Shown piece after piece: positions 16,579 to 26,006 of a stretch of DNA of 32,000 nucleotides; positions within the stretch are counted from its first letter, which is position 1; each line of letters begins with the position of its first letter. The notes beneath the pieces are model-generated. The model was given only the letters and a program-made list of their open reading frames with translations, searched no databases and was not told the DNA's origin. The translations under genes and the position numbers were made by a program. The DNA is from Candidatus Multivoradales bacterium. GTDB taxonomy: Bacteria > Acidobacteriota > Thermoanaerobaculia > Multivoradales > JAHEKO01. The DNA lies in the NCBI GenBank assembly GCA_965223155.1, contig CBDCVR010000014.1, positions 4,575 to 36,574 of the forward strand, read 5' to 3'.

Positions 16579-18138
16579 TTGACAAACACGTTCAGATGCT
16601 CCGACGACGGTTTGGATGCGCTACTCGACGTCATGCCTCCGCACATTCGGGAGGCATTCGAAATCCACCCCCAACGCGAGGACCTGATCGAGATTATCCT
16701 CGACCTCGGACGCCCGCCCGAAGCCCGCACCCCAGGCAAGATGACCGCCTTGGCTCCCAATCCGGTGGAACGCGATGATATCGACCATGTGGTCAAGCGC
16801 ATCGGCGCCTTTGGCAAAGACAATCGCGCCGGCATTGAGCGCACGCTGCACCGCATCTCCGCCATCCGCAATCGCGTGGGAACGGTGATCGGCCTGACCT
16901 GCCGGGTCGGCCGGGCGGTGCGCGGCACGGTGGACATCTTGCGCGACGTGATCGAACTCGAGCGCTCGATTCTCTTGCTCGGGCGCCCCGGCGTGGGCAA
17001 AACCACGATTTTGCGCGAAGCGGCGCGCGTCTTGGCCGACGATCTCAACAAACGCGTGGTGATCGTGGACACTTCTAACGAGATCGCGGGCGACGGCGAC
17101 ATCCCACACCCCGGCATCGGCCGCGCCCGGCGCATGCAAGTGGCGACGCCGAGCGATCAGCACGCGGTGATGATCGAGGCGGTGGAAAATCACATGCCCG
17201 AGGTTATCGTCATTGACGAAATCGGCACCGAGGCCGAGGCCCTGGCGGCGCGCACCATTGCCGAGCGCGGCGTGCAGCTCATCGCCACGGCGCACGGCAA
17301 CGCCCTCGATAATTTGATGCAAAACCCGACGCTCTCCGACCTCGTCGGCGGCATTCAAGCGGTCACCCTGGGCGATGACGAGGCGCGGCGCCGCGGCACG
17401 CGCAAAACCGTGCTGGAGCGCAAGGCGCCGCCGACGTTTGAGGTGCTGGTGGAAATTCAGGAGCGCGACCGCCTGGCGGTGCACCACGATGTGGCGCACG
17501 TCGTCGACATGTCGCTGCGGGGCCTGCCCCTGCGGGCGGAGTTACGCTTACGCGATGAAGATGGCAAGGTGGAAATTCGCCAGGCGCCGGCGCCGGCGCC
17601 GGCCGAGACGCGCATGGCGCAGGTCACCGAGTTGCGGCCAGCGGCGGGGCCAAGGCTGCGCTTACCCAATCGCAAGACCTTGCGCATCTTTCCCTATGCG
17701 GTTAATCGCAGCCGTCTCGACCAGGCAATTCGCATCTGCCAGGCGTCGGTGCAAGTCGTCAACAATGTCGATGAAGCGGACATGATTTTGATGCTCAAAT
17801 CACACGAGCGACACCAGCCCAAGCGGCTGCAATTCGCCTTGTCGCAGGGCATGCCGTTACACGTGCTGCGCAACAACACCGTGACGCAAATTACCTACTT
17901 TCTGCGCTCTATTGCGGAGCAGCGCGAGCCTCAGCCCGAGCGCGACGCCGCGATGCGGGAAGTGGAACTGGCGGTGCGCGACGTGATGGAAAACCGTCGC
18001 CCGGTGGAACTGGCGCCGCAAAAAACCTCGGTGCGGCGCTTGCAACATCAGTTTGCCGAAGGCTACGGCTTAAACACGGAGAGCACCGGCTCGGAGCCGC
18101 GCCGCCGGGTGGTGATCTATCCAGCCGCGGGTGTATAG
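16579..18138 (+). CDS. R3H-domain AAA ATPase (Ycf45 / SpoIIIAA-like)
   Basis: The protein is 519 aa with a TTG start and GAGGAGG 8 nt upstream. It has Walker A ([12 protein letters not shown]), Walker B (VIVIDEIG) and the segment ATAHGN. A C-terminal R3H-like segment reads [21 protein letters not shown]. Confidence 0.8.
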   Translation: MTNTFRCSDDGLDALLDVMPPHIREAFEIHPQREDLIEIILDLGRPPEARTPGKMTALAPNPVERDDIDHVVKRIGAFGKDNRAGIERTLHRISAIRNRVGTVIGLTCRVGRAVRGTVDILRDVIELERSILLLGRPGVGKTTILREAARVLADDLNKRVVIVDTSNEIAGDGDIPHPGIGRARRMQVATPSDQHAVMIEAVENHMPEVIVIDEIGTEAEALAARTIAERGVQLIATAHGNALDNLMQNPTLSDLVGGIQAVTLGDDEARRRGTRKTVLERKAPPTFEVLVEIQERDRLAVHHDVAHVVDMSLRGLPLRAELRLRDEDGKVEIRQAPAPAPAETRMAQVTELRPAAGPRLRLPNRKTLRIFPYAVNRSRLDQAIRICQASVQVVNNVDEADMILMLKSHERHQPKRLQFALSQGMPLHVLRNNTVTQITYFLRSIAEQREPQPERDAAMREVELAVRDVMENRRPVELAPQKTSVRRLQHQFAEGYGLNTESTGSEPRRRVVIYPAAGV

Positions 18139-18166
18139 ACGGCATGCAAGAGACGGAGTGAGAAGG

Positions 18167-18194
18167 GCCCGATTGACGTGAACGTCAATCGGGC
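18167..18194. terminator. Perfect 12-bp hairpin between convergent genes (candidate bidirectional terminator)
   Basis: GCCCGATTGACG-tgaa-CGTCAATCGGGC. The right arm overlaps the stop codon of the minus-strand LLM gene (18185-18187). Neither side has a clear U-tract. Confidence 0.4.
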
Positions 18195-19435
18195 TCCCAA
18201 CTGTGGAAATCTACTGACAGGGGGGCTGGCGTGGCGCGTTCCGCAGCGGGCTCCGGCCACCAACGATCCTCGTACTCACCCCACATTTGCTTCAAGTAGG
18301 GCATCACCTCTTTAGCGAACAGATCCGTGTTGCGTTGCGTCACTTCCGGCGGCATGTTGCCGAAGTGGCAAAGCGCCATGAGGTGCCCCACGCGCATACT
18401 CTTCAGCGCCTCGCCCAACTGCTCGCGCACCGTGCTCGGGCTGCCGGCGATGACGTAGCCCTGATCGACAAAATCCTTGAACGTCAAATCGGCCCGCGCC
18501 TTGGCCGCAGCCAGACCGAACTGCGGTTTAAAGCCGCGGCGCAACGTCGCCTGAGTGCGATAACCCGGCGCATCCGCAAAGCCTTCGTAGACGTGCAGGC
18601 AGCGATTGTAGAAATAATCCGCATACGGCCCGTAAATGCGCTCGGCCTCGGCGTCCGTCTCCGCCACGCCAACGAGCTGCAGGAAGCCGACGCGGTAGGG
18701 ATTGGGCTCAATGCCGCGCTGGTCCACCACTTCCCAAAAGCCATCCAGGACTTCCTTGCCGCGCTTGTAGCCATAGTAGCTCAAGTAGCAGTAGCAATAA
18801 TCATTATCTAGGCACCAATCCCAGGTCTCGATGCTGCCGCCGCCAGGAATCCAGATCGGCGGGTGCGGCTTTTGCAGCGGCCGGGGCCAGATATTGACGT
18901 AGCGCAACTGCGTGTACTTGCCGTTGAAGCTAAAGGGATCGGGGCGCGTCCAGGATTGGATGATGAGATCGTGCGCCTCGCGGTATTTGTCCCGCAGCGC
19001 CATGGGCGACTCGCCGTAGGCGAAATTCGTATCCATCGAACTGCCCACTGGGAATCCAGCCACCAGGCGGCCGCCGCTCATCACATCGAGCATAGCGAAC
19101 TCTTCGGCCACGCGCAGCGGCGGATTGTAGAGCGCAATGCTGTTGCCCAGCACGATCAGCGCCGACTGCGACGTGCGCCGCGTCAAGGCCGCGGCCATCA
19201 GATTCGGCGACGGCATGAGGCCGTAGGCGTTGGCGTGGTGCTCATTGACGCACAGGCCATCAAAGCCGGCCTTTTCAGCAAATTCCAGCTCGTCTAGATA
19301 ATCGTTGTAGATCACATGCCCCTTTTCCGGGTCGTACAAGTCGCTGGGCACATCCACCCAGACGCTGCGGTATTTCTCTTTGAAGTCATCCGGTAAATAC
19401 GGATAGGGCATGAGGTGAAACCAATTCACTTTCAT
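18185..19435 (-). CDS. Luciferase-like monooxygenase (LLM-class flavin-dependent oxidoreductase)
   Basis: The 416-aa protein contains FAEKAGFDGLCVNEHH, LRVAEEFAMLDVMSGGRLVAGFPVG and related segments. AGGAGA lies 6 nt upstream of the ATG. Confidence 0.8.
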   Translation of the reverse strand: MKVNWFHLMPYPYLPDDFKEKYRSVWVDVPSDLYDPEKGHVIYNDYLDELEFAEKAGFDGLCVNEHHANAYGLMPSPNLMAAALTRRTSQSALIVLGNSIALYNPPLRVAEEFAMLDVMSGGRLVAGFPVGSSMDTNFAYGESPMALRDKYREAHDLIIQSWTRPDPFSFNGKYTQLRYVNIWPRPLQKPHPPIWIPGGGSIETWDWCLDNDYCYCYLSYYGYKRGKEVLDGFWEVVDQRGIEPNPYRVGFLQLVGVAETDAEAERIYGPYADYFYNRCLHVYEGFADAPGYRTQATLRRGFKPQFGLAAAKARADLTFKDFVDQGYVIAGSPSTVREQLGEALKSMRVGHLMALCHFGNMPPEVTQRNTDLFAKEVMPYLKQMWGEYEDRWWPEPAAERATPAPLSVDFHSWEPD

Positions 19436-19714
19436 CGGCCATCTCCTGTGTGGCTAGGGCGCTCCATGGACCCATATCCCGCTCGCGCGTCGATTGCAAA
19501 CGTTGACTGCCCATGGCTTGTATCACAATCGCGCGCCAGGCGCAAGGCGCCACCCTAAGGCGCTAGCCGTTCTCGCTCCCTACGGCGGCTGCGCCTTTAC
19601 CGGCCCCGCCGGCATGAGCAAGTCCACCTTCGCCGCCGCCTTCCACCGCGCTGGCGACGCCATTTTCAGCGATCTGCAGCAAGCGCCGCGACATCGCCAG
19701 AAACCGTTTTGGGC

Positions 19715-19742
19715 TTGACGCGAGCATCGCGTTGCATAAGAT
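19715..19742 (+). promoter_or_regulatory. Sigma-70-like promoter candidate for the aap operon, TTGACG-16 nt-TAAGAT
   Basis: The -35 hexamer is at 19715-19720 and the -10 hexamer at 19737-19742. This is about 55 nt upstream of the aapJ ATG, which has its own GGAGG ribosome-binding site. Confidence 0.35.
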
Positions 19743-19798
19743 AGTGGCGGTGTTTTATGTCGCTACTACTTTGATATCTCTAGATATGGAGGAAAAGC

Positions 19799-20818
19799 AT
19801 GCAACGGTTGTTCAAAATCACAGCGCTATTGGGAGTGGCCACGCTGGTGTGGTTCGGCGCGGCGCAAGCCGGCAAAGACCTCGACGCCATCAAGGCCAAT
19901 GGCGTGATTAAATGCGGCGTCAGCACCGGGCTGGCGGGTTTTTCCATTGCCGACAGCAAGGGCAATTACACCGGCCTCGACGCCGAATTTTGCAAAGCCC
20001 TGGCCGCCGCCGTGCTGGGCGACGCCTCGAAAGTCACGTACGCGCCGCTCTCGGCGCAGCAGCGCTTCACCGCCCTGCAGTCGGGCGAGGTCGACCTGTT
20101 GAGCCGCAACACCACCTGGACCCTGACGCGCGACGCCTCGCTCGGCCTGGTGTTCGCCGGGGTGCTGTTCTACGACGGCCAGGGTTTTATGGTGCCCCAA
20201 AGCCTCGGGGTAAAAAGCGCTAAAGAACTCGACGGCGCCGAGGTCTGCGTGCAGACCGGCACCACCACGGAGCTCAATCTGGCTGACTATTTCCGGGCCA
20301 ACGGCATGAACTTTAAGCCCGTGGTGTTCGAAAATCTGGAAGAATCCAAGACCGCCTTTTTCAATGGCCGCTGCCAGGTCTACACCACCGACCGCTCCGG
20401 CCTCGCCTCCATCCGCTCGGCCGACGCCCCCAATGCGGACGACTACATTATCCTGCCCGAAACCATCTCCAAAGAGCCCCTGGGCCCCGTGGTGCGGCGC
20501 GGCGATGACGAGTGGTTCACCATGGTCAAATGGATGGTCTACGCCCTCATTGAAGCCGAGGAAAAAGGCGTCACCAGCCAAAACGTCGACGAGATGAAAA
20601 ATAGCAAAGACCCAGCCATCCAGCGTCTACTTGGCGTCTCGGGCGACATGGGCTCCTTGATCGGGCTCGACAACGACTGGGCCGTGCGCGCCATTAAAGC
20701 TGTGGGCAATTACGGCGAACTCTACACCCGCAACGTGCTGCCCATTGGCCTGCCGCGCGAAGGCCCCAACGCCCTCTGGACGCAGGGCGGCATGATGTAC
20801 GCCATGCCTGTGCGTTAA
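19799..20818 (+). CDS. aapJ: General L-amino-acid ABC transporter substrate-binding protein (AapJ/BztA-like)
   Basis: The 339-aa protein has the signal peptide MQRLFKITALLGVATLVWFGAAQA. It continues with LDAIKANGVIKCGVSTGLAGFS...GLDAEFCKALAAAVLGD, typical of AapJ-type binding proteins. Confidence 0.8.
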   Translation: MQRLFKITALLGVATLVWFGAAQAGKDLDAIKANGVIKCGVSTGLAGFSIADSKGNYTGLDAEFCKALAAAVLGDASKVTYAPLSAQQRFTALQSGEVDLLSRNTTWTLTRDASLGLVFAGVLFYDGQGFMVPQSLGVKSAKELDGAEVCVQTGTTTELNLADYFRANGMNFKPVVFENLEESKTAFFNGRCQVYTTDRSGLASIRSADAPNADDYIILPETISKEPLGPVVRRGDDEWFTMVKWMVYALIEAEEKGVTSQNVDEMKNSKDPAIQRLLGVSGDMGSLIGLDNDWAVRAIKAVGNYGELYTRNVLPIGLPREGPNALWTQGGMMYAMPVR

Positions 20819-20836
20819 GGCAAGAGGAAGACCGGC

Positions 20837-22038
20837 ATGGCTCGCACGACGACCGGCACACCCAGGCAGGCGCCGCCGCCATCGCGCGGCTCGCTGTGGC
20901 ATAACGAACGCTTCCGCAACGCGCTCTATCAGGCGCTGGCGCTCGCCTGCCTCATCGCCCTGGCGGCCTTCCTCATCTCCAATGCGCTGACCAATCTCAG
21001 CGAGCGTTCCATCCGCACCGGTTTCGACTTTCTCGAGCGCGAGGCCGGCTTTCGCATTGGCGAAAGCCTGATTCCCTACAGCGCCCAGAGCAGCTACGGC
21101 CGCGCCTATGTCGTCGGCGTGCTCAACACCTTGCGCGTCGCCGTCATCGGCATCGCGATGGCCACCCTCATCGGCATTCTGCTGGGCATCGCCCGCCTGT
21201 CGCCCAACTGGCTCATCGTGCAACTCGCCACAGCGTACGTCGAAACCGTGCGCAACATTCCGCTGCTGTTGCAACTGTTTTTCTGGTACGCCGTGGTCAC
21301 CGGCATCCTGCCGCCGGTGCGCCAGGCCCGTCACCCTGCTGCCGGGCGTCTACCTCAGCAAGAGCGGTCTCATGTTTCCCGCCCTCGCGCCCGACCCCAT
21401 CTATCGCTTCGTCATGGGCGCGCTAGTCATCGGCGTCGCCCTGGCCTGGCTGCTGGCCTACCTCGCCAAACGCCGCCAACAACGCACCGGACAGCGGCGC
21501 GCGGTCTTCCTTCCGGCTTTGGCCTGCATCATCGCCCTGCCCCTGCTGACTTGGCTGGCGGGCGGCGCGCCGACTGGTCTGGACGTCCCGACCTTAACGC
21601 GCTTTTACGTTTCAAGGCGGCAATAGCATCACGCCGGAATTTTTGGCGCTTCTCTTTGGGCTGACGACCTACACGGCGGCGTTTATCGCGGAAAACGTGC
21701 GCGGCGGCATCCAGGCTGTGCCCTGGGGCCAGACCGAAGCGGCCGCGGCCCTGGGCTTGCGGCGCGGCGCCGCGATGCGCCTGGTCATCTTGCCCCAGGC
21801 CCTGCGCATCATCATTCCGCCGACCACGAGCCAGTACCTCAATCTCACCAAAAACAGCTCACTCGCCGTCGCCATCGGCTATCCCGACCTGGTCTCGGTC
21901 ACTAATACATCGCTGAACCAAACCGGCCAGGCCATCGAGTGCATCGCTATCATGATGGCGGTGTACCTCTCCATCAGCCTGACCATTTCCCTCTGCATGA
22001 ACGCCTACAACCGCTACGTCGCCTTGGTGGAGCGCTAA
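20837..22038 (+). pseudogene. aapQ: AapQ/BztB-like amino-acid ABC permease interrupted by two +1 frameshifts
   Basis: The protein is spread over three frames. Track ORF 20837..21664 is meaningful only up to ...LPPVRQA. Track ORF 21108..21626 supplies VTLLPGVYLSKSGLMFPAL...LDVPTLTRF. The frame of 21643..22038 supplies TFQGGNSITPEFLALLFGLTTYTAAFIAENVRGGIQAV.... Removing one C from the CCC run at 21327-21329 and one T from the TTTT run at 21603-21606 restores a single ORF. Confidence 0.7.
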
Positions 22039-22041
22039 GAG

Positions 22042-23148
22042 ATGCGACAGCCGTCTACATCAACAACGATCTCGCAGCCAACGCGGCCGCCGGCAACCGC
22101 CATCGGCCCTATCGCCTGGCTGCGCCAAAATCTCTTTAGCAGTTGGTTCAACGCCCTGCTCACCGTGCTGGCGCTCTTGCTGCTCTACAAAGTCCTGCCG
22201 CCGCTAATACACTGGCTGGCCATCGACGCCGTCTGGGGCGCGGCCGAGCCCGCGGCATGCAAAGCGGCGCATGGCGCCTGCTGGGCCATGATTCACGAAA
22301 AATACCGCCTCATTCTCTTTGGCCGCTATCCCTACGACGAGCAGTGGCGGCCGATGCTCGGCATTCTCATGCTCGTAGGGTTGATCGGGCTGAGTTGCAA
22401 CCGCAACTTCTGGCGCCTGTGGCTGCTCGACGTCTGGGTCGGCGGCCTAGCGGTGTGGTTCGCCCTCATGTGGGGCGGCGTCTTCGACCTGTCCTTCGTG
22501 CCCAATAACTTATGGGGCGGCCTGCCACTGACCCTCATGCTCACCATCATCGGCCTGGCCGTGGCCTTCCCCGTCTCCATCATCTTGGCCCTCGGACGCC
22601 GCTCCAAGCTGCCGATCATCCGCCTCATGTGCATCGTCTACATCGAACTGATCCGCGGCGTACCGCTCATCAGCCTGCTGTTCATGGCCTCGTTCATGCT
22701 GCCGCTCTTCCTGCCCACTGGCGTCAATTTCGACGAAGTCCTGCGCGCCCAGGTGGCCATCATCATGTTCTCCGCCGCCTACCTGGCCGAGGCCATTCGC
22801 GGCGGTCTGCAGGCCATGCCCCAGGGCCAGTACGAAGCCGCCCACGCCCTGGGCCTGACCTACTGGCAGACGCAGCGCAAAATCATTTTGCCGCAGGCGC
22901 TCAAAATTTCGATTCCATCGATTGTCAACATTTTCATTGGGCTCTTTAAAGACACCTCCCTCGTTGCGATTGTCAGCCTCTCCGACCTGCTGCTGTCCAT
23001 GCGCCAAGCCATCGCCGACATCGCCTGGCGCCGCTATTTCGTCGAGGGTTATTTATTTATTGCGGTGATTTATTTCTGCGTCTGTTTTTTCATGTCCAAG
23101 TACAGCAAATACCTGGAAAACCAGCTAGAGACCGGCCATCGGCGGTGA
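22042..23148 (+). CDS. aapM: AapM/BztC-like amino-acid ABC permease
   Basis: The 368-aa ORF is intact. It contains IAWLRQNLFSSWFNALLTVL, the cysteine pair PAACKAAHGACW, and the permease core IELIRGVPLISLLFMASFMLPLF. Confidence 0.8.
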   Translation: MRQPSTSTTISQPTRPPATAIGPIAWLRQNLFSSWFNALLTVLALLLLYKVLPPLIHWLAIDAVWGAAEPAACKAAHGACWAMIHEKYRLILFGRYPYDEQWRPMLGILMLVGLIGLSCNRNFWRLWLLDVWVGGLAVWFALMWGGVFDLSFVPNNLWGGLPLTLMLTIIGLAVAFPVSIILALGRRSKLPIIRLMCIVYIELIRGVPLISLLFMASFMLPLFLPTGVNFDEVLRAQVAIIMFSAAYLAEAIRGGLQAMPQGQYEAAHALGLTYWQTQRKIILPQALKISIPSIVNIFIGLFKDTSLVAIVSLSDLLLSMRQAIADIAWRRYFVEGYLFIAVIYFCVCFFMSKYSKYLENQLETGHRR

Positions 23149-23167
23149 TGAGCAAGGGGAAAGCGAG

Positions 23168-23925
23168 ATGAGCGAATCGACATCCAACCACGCCATGGTC
23201 GACCTGCGCGGCGTCAACAAATGGTTTGGCCAGTTCCACGTGCTCAAAGACATCAACCTAAGCATCGCGAGGAGCGAGCGCATCGTCATCTGCGGACCCT
23301 CGGGATCGGGCAAATCGACCCTCATCCGCTGCATCAATCGCCTGGAGGAACACCAGCAAGGCCGCATCCTCGTCGACGGCGTCGAGCTGACCAACGACCT
23401 CAAAAACATCGACGCCATCCGGCGCGAAGTCGGCATGGTGTTTCAGCACTTCAATTTATATTTCCCCACCTGACCGTGTTGGAGAACTGCACCCTGTCCC
23501 CCATCTGGGTGCGCGGCCTGCCCAAACGAGACGCCGACGACCTCGCCATGGAGTATTTAGAACGCGTGCAAATCCCGGAGCAAGCCGACAAATACCCCGG
23601 CCAGCTCTCCGGCGGCCAGCAGCAGCGCGTCGCCATCGCCCGCGCGCTGTGCATGCAGCCCAACGTCATGCTCTTTGACGAACCCACCTCGGCGCTCGAC
23701 CCGGAGATGATCGCCGAGGTGCTCGACGTCATGATCGACCTGGCCGAATCCGGCATGACCATGCTATGCGTCACGCACGAAATGGGCTTCGCCCGCAAAG
23801 TGGCGGACCGCGTGGTGTTCATGGACGGCGGCGAGATCATCGAGGCGAACGAGCCCGAGGCGTTTTTCAGCAACCCGCAGTCGGATCGCACGAAGTTGTT
23901 TTTGAGCCAGATTTTGTCGCATTGA
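23168..23925 (+). pseudogene. aapP: AapP/BztD-like amino-acid ABC ATPase interrupted by a 2-nt insertion
   Basis: Track ORF 23168..23473 carries Walker A (GPSGSGKST) and ends at ...QHFNLYFPT*. The protein continues in the frame of 23221..23925 as [10 protein letters not shown]...[15 protein letters not shown]...[10 protein letters not shown]...THEMGFA. Deleting the TA at 23459-23460 restores [14 protein letters not shown]. Confidence 0.7.
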
Positions 23926-23926
23926 C
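23908..23926 (+). repeat. Direct repeat copy 1: CAGATTTTGTCGCATTGAC (3' end of aapP)
   Basis: This 19-mer is identical to 25165-25183. Flanking similarity extends further (GTTG..GAG upstream, AGrGGC downstream). Confidence 0.9.
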
Positions 23927-23973
23927 AAGAGGCTCCCATCGCAGCCGCCATCACCTCAAACCAGAGAAACTTA

Positions 23974-25146
23974 ATGAATTACTTCCCCCTGACTACCGAA
24001 CAGCAAGCGTGGAAAGACCGGACCGCTGAGATTGCCGAGCGCGACATCGCGCCGCGAGCTGCAGATTACGACCGGAAGGCGCAATTTCCCCAGGAGTCGC
24101 TCAATACCCTGCGGGACGCCGACTTATGGGCAATACGAGTGCCGAAACAATATGGCGGTCTCGGCCTCGATCTCGTGACGACTTGCTTAATTGTCGAGGA
24201 AATATCGAAAAAGTGCCCTTCGACGGCCATGTGCTACAAAATGCACTTGGAAGCCGTTGAGGCCATCAGTCTGATTCCCACACCTTACCAGCTTGAGCGC
24301 TACATCCAACCGCTGCTGCAAGGCGAGATGTTCGCCGCCGCGCCAGGCGGCGAGCCCCACGGCCCGTCCGGCGACGATTGGACGCCCGTGCGCCAGAAGG
24401 TCACCACCTTGCCCAGAGTTCAAGGCGGCTTTCACATCGACCACGTGCGCAAATCGTATGTCACCTCGGCCGGGTATGCGACGCACTACGTGATGTTTTG
24501 CCGCGTCGAGGGCGGCCGAACAGAGGGCCCGCCGGAACTCTTGATCTTCAAGAACGACGAGGTCGAGTGGCAAACGATTGGCGAGTGGAACGGCCTGGGC
24601 ATGCGCGGCAACTGCAGCGTGCCGATGATCTTCAACGGCATTGTGCCGGAAGCCAACCTGGTGGGTATCGAGCTGTCGGACAAAAGCGAGCCGGTCATGA
24701 CCAAATACATGGCGCCCTGCCAAATTCTAACCTACGGCGCGGCCTACCTGGGCATTGCGTCGGGGGCCTTTGACATCGCCTGCGCCGAAGGCGACAGACG
24801 TTACCCCAGCGGCGCGCGCCGGCTCGACAGCCCCATCAACCAGCGGCGCATGGCGGAGATGAGCGCTCAAATCGAGGCCGCCAGAGCGCTATTGCACGTG
24901 GCGGCGGCCATGGCGGACTCCGGGCGGGCGCCATCGGTGCTGCCCTACTTGCAAGCCAAAGCCGTCTGCTCAGAAGTCGGCGTGCGCGTGACCACAGAGC
25001 TGATGACCATGTTCGGCGGCACGGCTTTCGCGAGCCGCTTGCCCTTTGAGCGATACTTCCGGGACGCCCGCGCGGGCCTGGTCATGGGAGTGGCCAACGA
25101 TACAGCTTACGACACGATCGGAACGCTACTGTTTCCGGGGAGCTGA
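23974..25146 (+). CDS. Acyl-CoA dehydrogenase family protein
   Basis: The 390-aa protein contains FPQESLNTLRDADLWAIRVPKQYGGLGLDLVTTCLIVEEISK. Its C-terminal helical domain ends ...FGGTAFASRLPFERYFRDARAG. Confidence 0.8.
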   Translation: MNYFPLTTEQQAWKDRTAEIAERDIAPRAADYDRKAQFPQESLNTLRDADLWAIRVPKQYGGLGLDLVTTCLIVEEISKKCPSTAMCYKMHLEAVEAISLIPTPYQLERYIQPLLQGEMFAAAPGGEPHGPSGDDWTPVRQKVTTLPRVQGGFHIDHVRKSYVTSAGYATHYVMFCRVEGGRTEGPPELLIFKNDEVEWQTIGEWNGLGMRGNCSVPMIFNGIVPEANLVGIELSDKSEPVMTKYMAPCQILTYGAAYLGIASGAFDIACAEGDRRYPSGARRLDSPINQRRMAEMSAQIEAARALLHVAAAMADSGRAPSVLPYLQAKAVCSEVGVRVTTELMTMFGGTAFASRLPFERYFRDARAGLVMGVANDTAYDTIGTLLFPGS

Positions 25147-25164
25147 CCTCAAGAGAGTTGGAGT

Positions 25165-25183
25165 CAGATTTTGTCGCATTGAC
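25165..25183 (+). repeat. Direct repeat copy 2: CAGATTTTGTCGCATTGAC
   Basis: This copy is identical to 23908-23926. It sits immediately downstream of the acyl-CoA dehydrogenase stop and upstream of the small ORF at 25195. Confidence 0.9.
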
Positions 25184-25194
25184 GAGGGGCAGAC

Positions 25195-25455
25195 ATGGCG
25201 AATCATCAATTCTTGCTGATGTTAACGGGCGTATCCGAAATGACGCCTGAACTTGCAGACCAATTGTATGAAGCAACAGGCGGCGACATCGAATTCAACA
25301 TGCGTGATGGCGTCGTTGTTTTAGAGTTTGATCGCGCCGCGGCTTCACTCCAGGACGCCGTGCTGTCGGCCATTGAGCAGGTGGAAGGCAGTGGAATCGG
25401 CGTGCGAGTCGTACGGGTGGCGCCGGTTGACCCCGAGCGTCATCCTGCGGCTTGA
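25195..25455 (+). CDS. Small conserved-looking hypothetical protein (86 aa)
   Basis: GAGGGG lies 5 nt upstream of the ATG. The sequence pattern is FLLMLTGV...LADQLYEATGGDIEF...VVLEFDRAAASLQDAVLSAIEQV. It recalls small proteins often seen next to HTH or TA genes, but I cannot name the family. Confidence 0.45.
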   Translation: MANHQFLLMLTGVSEMTPELADQLYEATGGDIEFNMRDGVVVLEFDRAAASLQDAVLSAIEQVEGSGIGVRVVRVAPVDPERHPAA

Positions 25456-25464
25456 CCGCAGGAT
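25442..25464 (+). terminator. 9-bp hairpin spanning the stop codon of the small ORF
   Basis: ATCCTGCGG-cttga-CCGCAGGAT, with the TGA stop in the loop. No T-tract follows. Confidence 0.3.
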
Positions 25465-25624
25465 CCAGAGGGCCCGCTGGCGCCGCCAGTAATCAGCGCC
25501 ACTTTCCCCTCTAACTGCCCCGCCATACCAATCCCCTCTTCTCATTCTTCTCTTCGCGTCCTTCGCGGATCCTGCTTATACAACCTCCGCACAGCCGAAA
25601 GTCAATGGCGCGAGCACCACCATA

Positions 25625-25633
25625 TGCTACAAT
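25625..25633 (+). promoter_or_regulatory. Extended -10 promoter element, TGcTACAAT
   Basis: It lies about 30 nt upstream of the DUF433 ATG at 25665. The same TGnTACAAT motif recurs upstream of the XRE gene. Confidence 0.4.
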
Positions 25634-25664
25634 CATGACGCCAATCTAAACGAGAGGAACCACC

Positions 25665-26003
25665 ATGGCCATCAACCTGCAAATGGAAGCGCCGCCGCTT
25701 CATGAAGACGCCTCAGGGGCGCTGCGCGTCGGGAATTCCCACGTGCTGTTGGACCTGGTGATCCGCGCTTTTCAAGACGGCGCCACCCCCGAAACGATCC
25801 ACCAACGCTATCCGACCGCGGGGTTGCCGGATATTTACGCCGTGATCGCCTACTACCTGCGGCACCCGGCGGATATTGACGCCTATCTCGCTGAACGCGA
25901 CCAACACGCCCGCGACGTCCGTCAGCGTATCGAACGGCATCAAGGCGACTTGGCGGGTCTACGCGACCGGCTCGCCGCCCGCCGGGGCTCTACTTCAGGG
26001 TGA
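25665..26003 (+). CDS. DUF433-family protein (putative antitoxin)
   Basis: The 112-aa protein contains LRVGNSHVLLDLVIRAFQDGATPETIHQRYPTAGLPDIYAVIAYYLRH, which fits the DUF433 pattern. GAGAGGAA lies upstream of the start. Confidence 0.7.
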   Translation: MAINLQMEAPPLHEDASGALRVGNSHVLLDLVIRAFQDGATPETIHQRYPTAGLPDIYAVIAYYLRHPADIDAYLAERDQHARDVRQRIERHQGDLAGLRDRLAARRGSTSG

Positions 26004-26006
26004 GCT

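Noticed and set aside
19494-19718. 74-aa plus-strand ORF in the LLM/aapJ intergenic region
   Set aside because: It has no ribosome-binding site and an Ala/Arg/Pro-rich composition. The region is better explained as divergent promoters.
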